From Candidatus Methylomirabilia bacterium (lineage in GTDB: Bacteria > Methylomirabilota > Methylomirabilia > Rokubacteriales > CSP1-6): 64,000 bases of DNA. Position 1 is the stretch's first letter. Every line of letters starts with the position of its first letter. Positions 19,509 through 28,568 of the stretch are shown here, one piece after another. The position numbers were made by a program, and so were the translations under genes. The stretch is from assembly GCA_046758965.1 (NCBI GenBank), contig JBHIBG010000003.1, positions 53,164-117,163 of the forward strand. Direction: 5' to 3'. The notes below the pieces were generated by a model. That model made no database searches. It saw only the letters and a list, made by a program, of their open reading frames with translations, and was not told where the DNA came from.

Positions 19509-20519
19509 ATGGCTCGCTTGAGGTTCGAAGAGCTGAAGCGGTTCCTCGAGCGGTCGGCCGTGGCGGCCCACGCCCCCGACCGCGTGACGATGAGAGAGCG
19601 CTACCGCGGGGTCCTGGTGGGCGTGGCGGCCGGCAATGCGCTGGGCCTGGGCGTCGAGGGGTGGTCACGCAGGCTGATCGAGGCGCGGTTCCCCAACGGC
19701 GTGAGGGAGGCAGACGCCGCGGAGCGCGAGCGCCCCTGGGATGACGATCTGGCCCAGACCGCGATCCTGGGGGAGGCCCTGCTGGCCGGGGAGGAGCTGA
19801 CGCCTGAGGATCTGGCCTCGCGCCTTCTCCGCTGGGCGTACGACAACGGCCGCGGCATGGGGAACCTGAGCTGGCGCGTACTCTCGGAGCTGGCTTCGGG
19901 AACGCCGCCAGCGGTCGCCTCTCGCCGGGTCTGGGAGCGGGACGGCCGCGCCCCGGCGGGCAACGGAGCCGTCATGCGGTGCGCTCCGGTCGCGCTCCGG
20001 TGGCGGACGTCCGGTCACCGGCTGGTGGAAGAGACGGCAACGAGCGCGCTTGTGACTCACTACGATCCCCGCTGCGTCTGGTCCGCCGTAGCCTTGAACG
20101 TCGCGCTCGCCCTGTCCCTCGGCGGAGCCACTCCGGACCTGGAGGAGCTGGCGACAGCGCTGGACCGCGCCGGCGCACCGGTCGAGGTGGGCGCGGCGAT
20201 TCGATTCGTGCGGGGGCGCGCTCTCCCCGAGCTGCTCCTCGATCACCGCGCCGATATGGGATACACGCTCAAGGCCATGCAGGTGGGGCTCTGGTCGCTG
20301 CAGCAGGAGCTTGATTTTGAGGAGGTGCTGGTTCGCGTGGTGAACGCCGGAGGAGATACCGACACCAACGGCGCCGTGGCGGGAGCGGTCATGGGGAGCC
20401 GGGTCGGGGTTTCCGGCATCCCATCCCGTTGGGTGGCGAACATTCGGGAGGCCGGCCACCTGCTGGATCTGGCGGACCGCCTCTTTGAGGCGTGTGAGGG
20501 CGCGGGGGCTACCGGATGA
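19509..20519 (+). CDS. ADP-ribosylglycohydrolase (DraG/ARH family)
   Basis: AAGNALG, WDDDLAQT, GNGAVMRCAP, GGDTDTNGAVAG. Confidence 0.92.
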   Translation: MARLRFEELKRFLERSAVAAHAPDRVTMRERYRGVLVGVAAGNALGLGVEGWSRRLIEARFPNGVREADAAERERPWDDDLAQTAILGEALLAGEELTPEDLASRLLRWAYDNGRGMGNLSWRVLSELASGTPPAVASRRVWERDGRAPAGNGAVMRCAPVALRWRTSGHRLVEETATSALVTHYDPRCVWSAVALNVALALSLGGATPDLEELATALDRAGAPVEVGAAIRFVRGRALPELLLDHRADMGYTLKAMQVGLWSLQQELDFEEVLVRVVNAGGDTDTNGAVAGAVMGSRVGVSGIPSRWVANIREAGHLLDLADRLFEACEGAGATG

Positions 20520-20637
20520 CGAACTCGAGCCGACGATGCGCCTGGCGCGGGGCTGCGTCGACTTCCCCGGGGCTCTCGGCTCTCGCAACGATGAACCCGA
20601 GGTACTGCCAGCCCTCCGGAGGCGGCACCAGCTCCTG
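20456..20637 (+). repeat. 182-bp direct repeat, copy 1 (ARH 3' end plus antisense ATP-grasp 3' end)
   Basis: Aligns to 22995-23176 with only a few substitutions. Confidence 0.88.
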
Positions 20638-21140
20638 GCGAGCTGGGCGTGACCGCGATCCTGCACACCTAGGATCAGAACCTCTCCCAGCACATCCATG
20701 TGCACTGCGTCGTGACGGGCGGGGCCCTCTCGTCCGACGGCGCGCGCTGGATCCGGGCCTGGGCCGGCTTTCTATTTCCGGTCGGGACCCTGTTCAAGGT
20801 GCTCCGGGGAACCTGCCTCGCCGGCCCCGCGGCCTTCACCGCCTGGCTCGACCGCCTCCGCCACCAGGCCTGGGTGGTGTACTGCAAACAGCCTTTTGGC
20901 GGTCCCGAGCAGGTGCTCGCCTACCTCGCCGCTACACCCACCGCGTGGCGATCTCCAACGAGCCCCTTGTCAAGCTCCAAGACGGGATGGTGCGCCCCCG
21001 CTGGCGCGACTACGCCGACGGCGACCGGGTGAAGGTCCTCGAGCTCGAGGCGGCGGAGTTCATCCGGCGCTTTCTGCTCCACGTCGTTCCGGACGGCTTC
21101 GTGCGCATCCGCCACTTTGGCCTCCTGGCCAACCGTACGC
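20638..21140 (+). mobile_element. IS91-family (HUH/Y2) transposase remnant
   Basis: AILHT*DQNL..HIHVHCVVTGG (HUH), WVVYCKQPFGGPEQVLAYL, RYTHRVAISN, EFIRRFLLHVVPDGFVRIRHFGLLAN; internal stop and frameshift. Confidence 0.88.
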
Positions 21141-21223
21141 GCCCCGTGTTCCGCTCCCGCCCAGCTTGTAGCATACCCCCGCCGGGGATAGAATCCCCCT
21201 ATGGCCCCAGGGGCCCCGGTTCA

Positions 21224-21282
21224 GTACAACTGGTTTTATCCGTCAAGCTGCTGCACGACGGATAAAAGCCTCAGTGTTAGAG
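21224..21282 (+). other. attC-like site adjoining the IS91 end
   Basis: ..CAAC-TGGTTTTATCCGTC ... GACGGATAAAAGCC-TCAGT-GTTAGAG palindrome, directly before a cassette ORF. Confidence 0.5.
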
Positions 21283-21289
21283 GAGCAAC

Positions 21290-21733
21290 GTGAAGAGAAA
21301 GGTGACGCGCAGGGGCACGCAAGACATCTGCCTCGCGGCGATCGTTGGTGCAGACGTATACCGCGTTTGGACTGACATGCTGCAGTATCTCGTGCCACAG
21401 GGGCGGACGCATCGGCTTGCTCCTCTTGTTGCAGGGATGCTACGGTTTGCGGCGGAGCGCGCGTTTCGTAAACACCGTGGGCGTCCGCCGAAGGGATCGC
21501 TTGCAGAGGCGCTGGTCTTCGCGGACGAGTTCGAGGAGGACGAAGAGGACGCACCGGATCTCGGCACGACCCCGCCGGGACCCGCGCGGACATTACTGTC
21601 GGCGGCTACGGTTCGGCTTTTCCGCGACGCGAAGGTCAAGTACATCCGGACGAGCGCGCGGGGGGGCAGATACAGCATTGTCGATTCCGCACTTGCGGAA
21701 TACCACCACTGGTTCGCGATGCCATGGGAATAG
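21290..21733 (+). CDS. Hypothetical integron cassette protein
   Basis: 147-aa ORF with GAGGAG RBS, flanked by attC-like sites. Confidence 0.6.
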   Translation: MKRKVTRRGTQDICLAAIVGADVYRVWTDMLQYLVPQGRTHRLAPLVAGMLRFAAERAFRKHRGRPPKGSLAEALVFADEFEEDEEDAPDLGTTPPGPARTLLSAATVRLFRDAKVKYIRTSARGGRYSIVDSALAEYHHWFAMPWE

Positions 21734-21758
21734 CTCACGCTCTGAACGCCCGCGCGCG

Positions 21759-21853
21759 GACTAACATGTGCATACACCTGCCGGCCGGCCGATGGGCTTC
21801 GACAGCCGCCCGCCTCGCCTCCAGGCCCGCCGCAGGTGATGCCGGCGTTAGAC
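21759..21853 (+). other. Integron attC site
   Basis: GACTAAC ... GTTAGAC with GCATACACCTGC/GCAGGTGATGC inner repeats. Confidence 0.75.
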
Positions 21854-21952
21854 TGGTGGACGTGCTGCGACTCCGCCTTGGCGTCGCGCAACATTGGCAC
21901 CATGCGCGCTGCGATGGTTCCGGCCCGCCGCCGATGGGTGTAAGATGTCCGG

Positions 21953-22192
21953 GTGAGTCCGACAGTCTTTCGCCAGAGGGGTTTTCGCTTCTACTTCTTC
22001 TCGCGCGAAGAGCCCCGCTTGCATGTCCACGTGCATCACGCGGACGGAGAAGCGAAGTTCTGGCTTGAGCCCGAGATCGAGCTGGCGCAGAACTACGGCC
22101 TTGGCCCTCGCAGGCTAGCCACCGCTCTCGATCTCATCCGGAGGCATGACCATGAGATCCGCACTGCGTGGAAGAAGCATTTCGGAGGTTGA
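21953..22192 (+). CDS. DUF4160 family protein (putative TA component)
   Basis: MSPTVFRQRGFRFYFFSREEPRLHVHV..EAKFWLEP..W. Confidence 0.85.
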   Translation: MSPTVFRQRGFRFYFFSREEPRLHVHVHHADGEAKFWLEPEIELAQNYGLGPRRLATALDLIRRHDHEIRTAWKKHFGG

Positions 22193-22493
22193 AGTCACCA
22201 ACGTGTCGCAGCATGGGTTCTGGCTTCTCGTAGGCGGCCGTGAGCTCTTCCTGCCCTTCGAGAAGTTCCCCTGGTTCAAGCGTGCGCCGGTCGGTCAGCT
22301 CCTGAGAGTCGAGCAGCCGCATCCCATGCATCTGTATTGGCCTGACCTTGACGTAGATCTGGCCGTCGAGTCGATCGAGTTCCCGGAACGTTTCCCTCTA
22401 GTGAGTCGAGCACGGCCTAGCAACGCGCTCCAGCGGCCGCGCACGAGGCGGGCTCCTGGCAAGGGGAAAAGGGGTCGCCGCGCGCGCCGCTGA
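22146..22493 (+). CDS. DUF2442 family protein (putative TA component)
   Basis: VEVTNVSQHGFWLL..LPFEKFPWF..LYWPDLDVDL; follows DUF4160. Confidence 0.85.
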   Translation: MTMRSALRGRSISEVEVTNVSQHGFWLLVGGRELFLPFEKFPWFKRAPVGQLLRVEQPHPMHLYWPDLDVDLAVESIEFPERFPLVSRARPSNALQRPRTRRAPGKGKRGRRARR

Positions 22494-22994
22494 GCTTGCT
22501 CGCGGCTTCGCCACACAAGCTCGCTCAGCGGCTTAACCGCGACGCCGTTCCCATGAGCCTTGGGCTCACCTGTGCGTCATGAAAATGGCCTTGGCCATGG
22601 GGTTCCGCGGCTTTAACAGGATTTCAGGCAGTTACAGCTCTATTTTCTAAGCAGGTTCCTGACTCGCAAATTGAGAGCGCAGGCAACAGAACAGGCATTC
22701 TCAGGCCTTCTGGAGGGACGGCCAGGGCACCCCCCAAGGTACCGGACCAAGGCACGGGGCGGATGAAAAGCCTGTCAGGGCGAAAAGCTGACGACGGGTG
22801 GAGGCACCCGACGGCGAGAGGTGGGCCCGGCCCCGTCGGTGGACGCGCCACGAGCGTGGCGGCGGCATCTGCACGACGGAGCGCGGCGGAGGGCTAGGCT
22901 AGGTCCGAGCAGCTCGGTCAGGAGGCATATGGGAGAAGAGGTCACGGGGGTGGACAGCAGGCCTTGCAAGAGGGCCGGGCCTTCGCGCGGGGGA

Positions 22995-23176
22995 CCACCT
23001 GCTGGATCTGGCGGACCGCCTCCTTGAGGCGTGCGAGGGCGGGGGGGCTACCGGATGACGAACTCGAGCCGACGATGCGCCTGGCGCAGGGCTGCGTCGA
23101 CTTCCCCGGGGCTCTCGGCTCTCGCAAAGATGAACCCGAGGTACTGCCAGCCCTCCGGAGGCGGCATCAGCTCCTG
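22995..23176 (+). repeat. 182-bp direct repeat, copy 2
   Basis: Matches 20456-20637. Confidence 0.88.
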
Positions 23177-24277
23177 CCCGAGGTGGGCCGTGATGGCAAC
23201 CTCCTCGATCCCCGGCACCCGCCGGGCCGCCTCCAGGCCCCGGACCTCCTCGAGCACCCCCCGCCGGGGAATCGGGATCATCATCACACCCGCGGAGCGG
23301 CGCTCGCGCTCCAGCGAGGCGACCTCCTTCCCCAGAGCATGGTAGAGGATCAGCTCTTCGAGCGACAGGCCCGTGCCGAAGCGGAGAGCGCGGGAGCAGA
23401 GGCCGCCGATGGAGCGGGCGGCGATCTCGATCATCCAGGGGCCCCGGTCGTTCACGCGAAGCTCGGCGTGAACCGGCCCCTCCCAGAGCCCCAGCGCTGT
23501 GGCGGCCCGCGCGCTGCAGTCGATCACCGCCGCCTGGCGCTCAGCCGACAGACGCGAGGGCGTGAGGTAAATCGTCTCCTCAAAGAACGGGCCGTCAAGG
23601 GGATCGGGCTTGTCAAACAGCGCCAGGACGTGAAGCTCCCCCTTCATGAGGAGCCCTTCGAGGGCCACCTCCACCCCCGGCACGAACTCCTCCACGAGCA
23701 CCTGGCGGGCCTCCCCGCCCACGGCGGCGACCTCCGCACTCCGGAGAATCGCCTCGAGCCGGCGGAAGGCGGCAACGAACTGATCAGGGCCGTCGGCACG
23801 GATCACCCCGCGGCTCGCCGCGAGGATCGTGGGCTTGACCACGCAGGGATAGGCGACCTGCTCCGCAACAGCCGTCGGGTCATCCTCGAGAGAGAAGAGC
23901 GTGTGGCGGGGCACCGGCACCCCAGCCTGCTGGAGGAGCCGCCGCATCGTGAACTTGTTGCGCGCGGCCTGCGCCGACTCGACGGAGTTGAACGGCAACC
24001 CCAGCGCCTCGGCCGCGGCGGCGGCGACCACCGTCGTCAGATCGTCGACCGGGACGACGCCATCAATGGGGTGCTGCGTGGCGAACTCCGCCACCTCACG
24101 AGCGGCCTTCGCAGGGTCACGGAAGTCAAGCGTCAGGAGGCGGTCCGGATTCCGCTCTTGAAACGAGCTCGCATGCTCCGAGGCCACGACGACCTCTACG
24201 CCGAGCGCGTCGGCCGCTTTGACGAATGCCTCCGTCCGATAGGTCGTGGTCGGGATCAGCAGGAGCAGCCGGGGCAT
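23048..24277 (-). CDS. ATP-grasp domain ligase (L-amino acid ligase-like)
   Basis: ARNKFTMR, YPCVVKPTILAASRGV, VEEFVPGVE, HAELR, IEIAAR. Confidence 0.9.
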   Translation of the reverse strand: MPRLLLLIPTTTYRTEAFVKAADALGVEVVVASEHASSFQERNPDRLLTLDFRDPAKAAREVAEFATQHPIDGVVPVDDLTTVVAAAAAEALGLPFNSVESAQAARNKFTMRRLLQQAGVPVPRHTLFSLEDDPTAVAEQVAYPCVVKPTILAASRGVIRADGPDQFVAAFRRLEAILRSAEVAAVGGEARQVLVEEFVPGVEVALEGLLMKGELHVLALFDKPDPLDGPFFEETIYLTPSRLSAERQAAVIDCSARAATALGLWEGPVHAELRVNDRGPWMIEIAARSIGGLCSRALRFGTGLSLEELILYHALGKEVASLERERRSAGVMMIPIPRRGVLEEVRGLEAARRVPGIEEVAITAHLGQELMPPPEGWQYLGFIFARAESPGEVDAALRQAHRRLEFVIR

Positions 24278-24281
24278 GCTC

Positions 24282-24581
24282 CTACATCTTGCCCGGCGTG
24301 TAGTAGGGATTGTTCCCTGAGCCGTGGTCGGTGACGTCGAGCACCTCGGTGATTTCGGGGACCTCCTCGAAGATCAACCGCTCGATCCCCTGCTTCAGGG
24401 TCACGTCAGCCATCCCGCACCCCTGGCAGCCCCCGCCCATCCTGATGAACGCGGTGTTGTCCTTGACGTCGAGCAGCTCGACGTATCCCCCGTGCATTCC
24501 CACCGCGGGATTGATCGAGTCGTCGAAGAGCTTCTGCATCTTCTCCTTGAGCTCGAGCTCCTTGTCTCCGGCCATCGTCAT
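24282..24581 (-). CDS. NifU/NfuA C-terminal-type Fe-S carrier
   Basis: INPAVGMHGGYVELLDV..MGGGCQGCGMADVTLKQGIE..DHGSGNNPYY. Confidence 0.92.
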   Translation of the reverse strand: MTMAGDKELELKEKMQKLFDDSINPAVGMHGGYVELLDVKDNTAFIRMGGGCQGCGMADVTLKQGIERLIFEEVPEITEVLDVTDHGSGNNPYYTPGKM

Positions 24582-24587
24582 CCTCCT

Positions 24588-26087
24588 TTAGACGTAAAGG
24601 TCAAGGGGGCCAAACTGGCCCTCCGTTGGCTCCGCTCAGCAGAACCAGGGTTCAGTCAGGCGGGGCACGGACCTCCCTTCGGGCCGTGGGATCACCGCGG
24701 CCGTGACCCGCATCGGACTCCCGTGGGCCGTCCGGGCGAGCGCCATGATCCGCTGGAAGCTGGCCGCCGGGTCCTCCAGGGTCTTGGCGGCCTCCTCCAC
24801 GGCGCCTCTCACTGCCTGGTGAAGGCGGTCCATGCGGGGGTCCGGGTGGCTCCAGCGATAGTAAAAGGATTCCTCAACCAGCGGTCCGAGGAACGGTTTC
24901 ATGGCCAGGCTCTCGAGGAGCCTGGAGCCCGGCGGCACCAGAAGCCGGATCGAGTAGTGGACCAGGTCCACATGGTGGATCAGCCCCTCGGCCTCGATGA
25001 ACTCCAGCATGTCCAGGTAGTCCTGGAGCGTCGTCCACGGGGTGAAGGCCACCCAGGTGGGACGGAAGGCGATCCCCGCATCCCGGACGATCTTGAGGGC
25101 CTCGAACACGTCAGCGCGCGTATGCCCCTTCTCGAGATTGGCCAGCACCGTATCGCTCAGCGACTCCACGGCCGACACCATGAAGACGCACCCCAGCTCA
25201 GCCAGCTCGGGGAAGAGCGCGCGGCGCTCCAGGATGTGCTCCACCTTGGCGGTGAAGTCGAAGGTGGTCTCCGGAAACTCTGCGTGCATCGCCCGGACCA
25301 CCGCCAACGAATGGCCCGGGCCGTTCAGGAAATCGGGATCGCCGAAGGTCACGTGAGTCGCTCCGGCCTGGACCAGGCGCCGGATGTCCTCGAGGACGAT
25401 CTCCCTCGGCACCACGAAGAACCGGCCATCATACACCGGAGGGATCGGGCAGTGGAGACAGTGGTGGAGACATCCCCGGCTCGCCTCCACGTAGCCGACG
25501 CGGCTCCTCAGCCCGTCGCGCTCGAGATGGGCGTACCTCGTGAGCGGCGGGAGCGCAACTCGGCTCGGAAGGGCGAACGGCAGCCGCCGCAGAACCGCGC
25601 GGGCCGGCCGGCCCTGCCGGGCCACCCCACCGACGTCGCCCGAGCCGCCAGCCTCCAGGTCCTGCACGAGCGCAACCAGGGCGCTCTCAAACTCCCCCCC
25701 GATCACTGAGTCGGCCACGTGCCCGAGCAGATACTCGGCGTTCAGGAGAGCGTAGAGGCCGTAGAAGGCAATGTGGCAGCCGGCATTCAGTTCCCGGACC
25801 CGTTCCGCGGCCCGGACCCCCAGGCGCAGAGCCGTGTGCATCGGCACGGAGATTCCCACGAGCCCGGCCTGCCGGACCTTCTCGGGCTCCAGGCGCTCGA
25901 CAGCGATGTCCAGCGCCTCGGGCGCGTACCCCTCCCGCTCGAGGAAGCCGAGCGGCGAGGCGACCCCGAGGGGCTGGTGGCCCAACTCGTAGCAGGAGAG
26001 GAGCAGAACAGCGCCGGGCCGCCGCCAGGATGACCCCTGGCGCTGAGCAACCGCTCTAACCGTGGCGCCGTTCCTCGGGAATGTCAT
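24588..26087 (-). CDS. B12-binding radical SAM selenoprotein with CUAEP tail (Sec at TGA 24638-24636)
   Basis: CYELGHQP N-terminus, EASRGCLHHCLHC (CxxxCxxC); reading through TGA gives PRLTEPWFC-U-AEPTEGQFGPLDLYV-TAA, followed by the NifU RBS. Confidence 0.88.
24607..24621 (-). promoter_or_regulatory. Putative bacterial SECIS hairpin of the radical SAM gene
   Basis: GGGCCA-GTT-TGGCCC stem-loop starting about 14 nt after UGA. Confidence 0.65.
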
Positions 26088-26174
26088 GACCAGATGCCTG
26101 CCCACCAGTATACCCTTTGCCCTCCCCTTTCAGCCCCCGATCGCCCGGTGAGAGGCGGCGAGCAGGCGCGGTGG

Positions 26175-26573
26175 CTAGCCGCGCACGTCAACCACGATTC
26201 GTCGCTCTCTCGGCCCGTCCAGCTCCACCAGCGCGATCCCCTGCCAGGTCCCGAGGAGGAGCCTCCTGTCCCTGACCGGGATGACCTGAGCGGGCCCGAG
26301 CAGCGTGGCTTTGAGATGGGCGGCTCCGTTGTCATCAACCTTGTCGTGCTCCCAGACCCCTTCCGGAATGAGCTTGTCCAGCAGGCTCAATACATCCAGG
26401 CGGAACCCCGGATCCGCATTCTCGTTGATGATCAGGGCCGCGGTGGCATGACGGACAAAGAGCGTGCAGAGCCCTTCCGTTACGTTCGAGGCCGACACCA
26501 CCGCAGCCACCCGCTGCGTGATGTCAATCACCTCACGGGGCTTCGCGGTGGTGAGGGTAATCGTCCGCTGCAT
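26175..26573 (-). CDS. yjbQ: YjbQ/UPF0047 family protein
   Basis: HATAALIINENADP, HDKVDDNGAAHLKA, LLGTWQGI..ELDGPRER. Confidence 0.93.
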   Translation of the reverse strand: MQRTITLTTAKPREVIDITQRVAAVVSASNVTEGLCTLFVRHATAALIINENADPGFRLDVLSLLDKLIPEGVWEHDKVDDNGAAHLKATLLGPAQVIPVRDRRLLLGTWQGIALVELDGPRERRIVVDVRG

Positions 26574-26588
26574 CGTCCGTCCCCGGCC

Positions 26589-28568
26589 TCATCGGGGACC
26601 GGGTTCGCTCCGATCGGGCTGCGCCACCCACTCCGACAGCCGCTTGAAGATCTCAATGGTGAGTTGGGGGCGGTTGCGGATGAGCCAGTCCAGCTGTGCG
26701 GTCCGGACGACGAGCAGCTGGACCTCGGTCGCGGCGACGGCGCCTGCGGAGCGGGGCGCCTTGCGGAACAGCGCCATTTCACCGAGCAGCTCGCCCTCGC
26801 CGAGCGTGCGGATCGTGCGCTCGCTGCCGTCGGTCCGCCTGCGGATCTCCACCTTCCCGGAGTGGATGACGAACGCCTCGCCCTTGGCGTCATCGCCCTC
26901 GTTGAAGATGACCTGGCCCGGGGCGAACTGACGCCGCGGCAACTCGCCTACCGTGAGGTTCTTGTAGATCTCGACCCCGATCGAGGGGAGGTACGACTTG
27001 GTCTCGACGGGAAGCCCCGCATTGGTCCACCCCCCGAGGCCTCCCTTGAGGATCCGGACGGTTCGATGGCCGCGTTGCCGGAGCTTTTTCGCCACGCGGG
27101 CACTCGTCTGCTCCTCGGGGCTGGCGCAGTAGGTGACGATAGTCTGCCTCGACTCGACCTGGAGGTGAAGGTGTCCCGCCTCCGCCTCTTCCGGGGCGAG
27201 CCGAATCGCGCCGGGCAACTTGAGCGGGCTCGCCTCGAAGTCGTTCTGACCGCGCACGTCGAGAAAGACCGGGCTCAGCCCCCGCTCCATCAGCGCGATG
27301 ACGTGGGCCGGGAGGATCCGGAAGCGGTTCTTCCACCACCGACGGCCCCACATCCCGCCGAACCCGCTCGCGCTCACCAGGGTGACGCCGAGCGCCACCC
27401 ACCCCCAGGGAAACGGCTGAGGGGGCGGGTTCTTGATCTTCTCCTGGGCCTCGGCCAGCATCCGTTTGACGTCCGGCAGGTTGGGCAGGAACTCGTTCAC
27501 TGCCTGGAACCGTTTCTCGGCCTGCGTGAAGCGCTGCTCGAAGAGGTCCCGAAGCCCCGCCCACCAGAGCGTATTGAACCGGCTCTCGGCGCCGACCCGG
27601 ACCTCGCTCCCCACGATGAAGGTCTCTACGGCCTCAGAAGGAATGATGAAGTTGAACCCCTGCATGATTGCCCCCGCGGGTCCCGGGGCCAGCGACACGA
27701 AGGTGAGCACCCCCACGACCTCGCCCCGGTCGGTGACGGCAGGGCCGCCCGAGTTCCCCCAGGCCGCAGGGGCGTCGGTCTGGATCACCGGCCGATTGGA
27801 GCGGTCCTGCTTGAACCCCGAGATCGCCCCATTGGTCACCGAAGCCTCCACCGTCGCCGACTGATTCAGCAGCTCGTGGCTCAGCACGACCCCGGGGAAG
27901 CCCAGAATATGGAGCGGATCGCCGATCTTGGCCTCCCTGGACTTGGCCAGCGGGAGCACGGGGAAGTCCTGGCCCGGAACCTTCAGCAGGGCCAGGTCGC
28001 GCCCGGAGATCTGCCCGGGCTCGAGGGAGAGGGGCGGGCTGAACTTCTTGACCTCTGCCGGGAGGCGGGTGCCGTTCGAGAGCAGGACGGAGATCGAGGG
28101 GGTCAACGTCACCTTGGCGGTGGGGAGAACCGCTTGCAGCACCTTGCTCCGGACCCGCTCTTCGAGATCCGGACGCTCACCTGGAGCGAGATTTTGTCGC
28201 GCCAGGGCGGCAGGAAGACAGGCCGTTTCCACAGCGCGCCTGGCAAAGGTGTGGGTCAACCAGCGCCCCGGAGCGTGGGCAGGCTGAACCACGTGGGCGT
28301 TGGTGACCAGAAGACCGTCCGGATCGACGAACCAGCCGGTGCCGGTTTCGCGGAACGCCGGAGGCGTGACGCGCCTGGCGCCCTTGCCGCAGTCGAGCCT
28401 CACCTCAGCGGCGACCTCGGCAGCGACCAGGGCCACGGCGGGCTTGGCCCTGAGCAGAGCCTCCTGCACTGAGACGGCCCGCGCGGCGCTGGCGGCCTCC
28501 GGGGCCGCGAGGAGCACGCACCCCCCGAGAGCGATCGCGAAAGAAATCCCTCGAGCCTGGCCGGTCAC
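26589..28568 (-). CDS. Multidomain protein: trypsin-like protease, TM helix, rhodanese domain, cNMP-binding domain
   Basis: VTNAHVV/GRDLALL/WGNSGGP triad; WGWVALGVTLV TM; LDVRG..YCASPEE..LKGGLGGW; IFNEGD..GEMALFRKAPRSA; start approximate. Confidence 0.85.
   Translation of the reverse strand: MTGQARGISFAIALGGCVLLAAPEAASAARAVSVQEALLRAKPAVALVAAEVAAEVRLDCGKGARRVTPPAFRETGTGWFVDPDGLLVTNAHVVQPAHAPGRWLTHTFARRAVETACLPAALARQNLAPGERPDLEERVRSKVLQAVLPTAKVTLTPSISVLLSNGTRLPAEVKKFSPPLSLEPGQISGRDLALLKVPGQDFPVLPLAKSREAKIGDPLHILGFPGVVLSHELLNQSATVEASVTNGAISGFKQDRSNRPVIQTDAPAAWGNSGGPAVTDRGEVVGVLTFVSLAPGPAGAIMQGFNFIIPSEAVETFIVGSEVRVGAESRFNTLWWAGLRDLFEQRFTQAEKRFQAVNEFLPNLPDVKRMLAEAQEKIKNPPPQPFPWGWVALGVTLVSASGFGGMWGRRWWKNRFRILPAHVIALMERGLSPVFLDVRGQNDFEASPLKLPGAIRLAPEEAEAGHLHLQVESRQTIVTYCASPEEQTSARVAKKLRQRGHRTVRILKGGLGGWTNAGLPVETKSYLPSIGVEIYKNLTVGELPRRQFAPGQVIFNEGDDAKGEAFVIHSGKVEIRRRTDGSERTIRTLGEGELLGEMALFRKAPRSAGAVAATEVQLLVVRTAQLDWLIRNRPQLTIEIFKRLSEWVAQPDRSEPGPR

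Noticed and set aside
20516..21265. 249-aa ORF as an intact gene
   Set aside because: It is a chimera of duplicated antisense ATP-grasp sequence and one frame of the broken IS91 transposase.
22500..22994. Possible gene or MITE end in a lower-GC stretch
   Set aside because: No convincing ORF or second copy within the window.
26094..28472. 792-aa plus-strand ORF, and similar long antisense ORFs (e.g. 9656-11494, 5208-6677, 60481-61812)
   Set aside because: These are shadow frames of well-supported opposite-strand genes, expected in high-GC DNA, and show no motifs.
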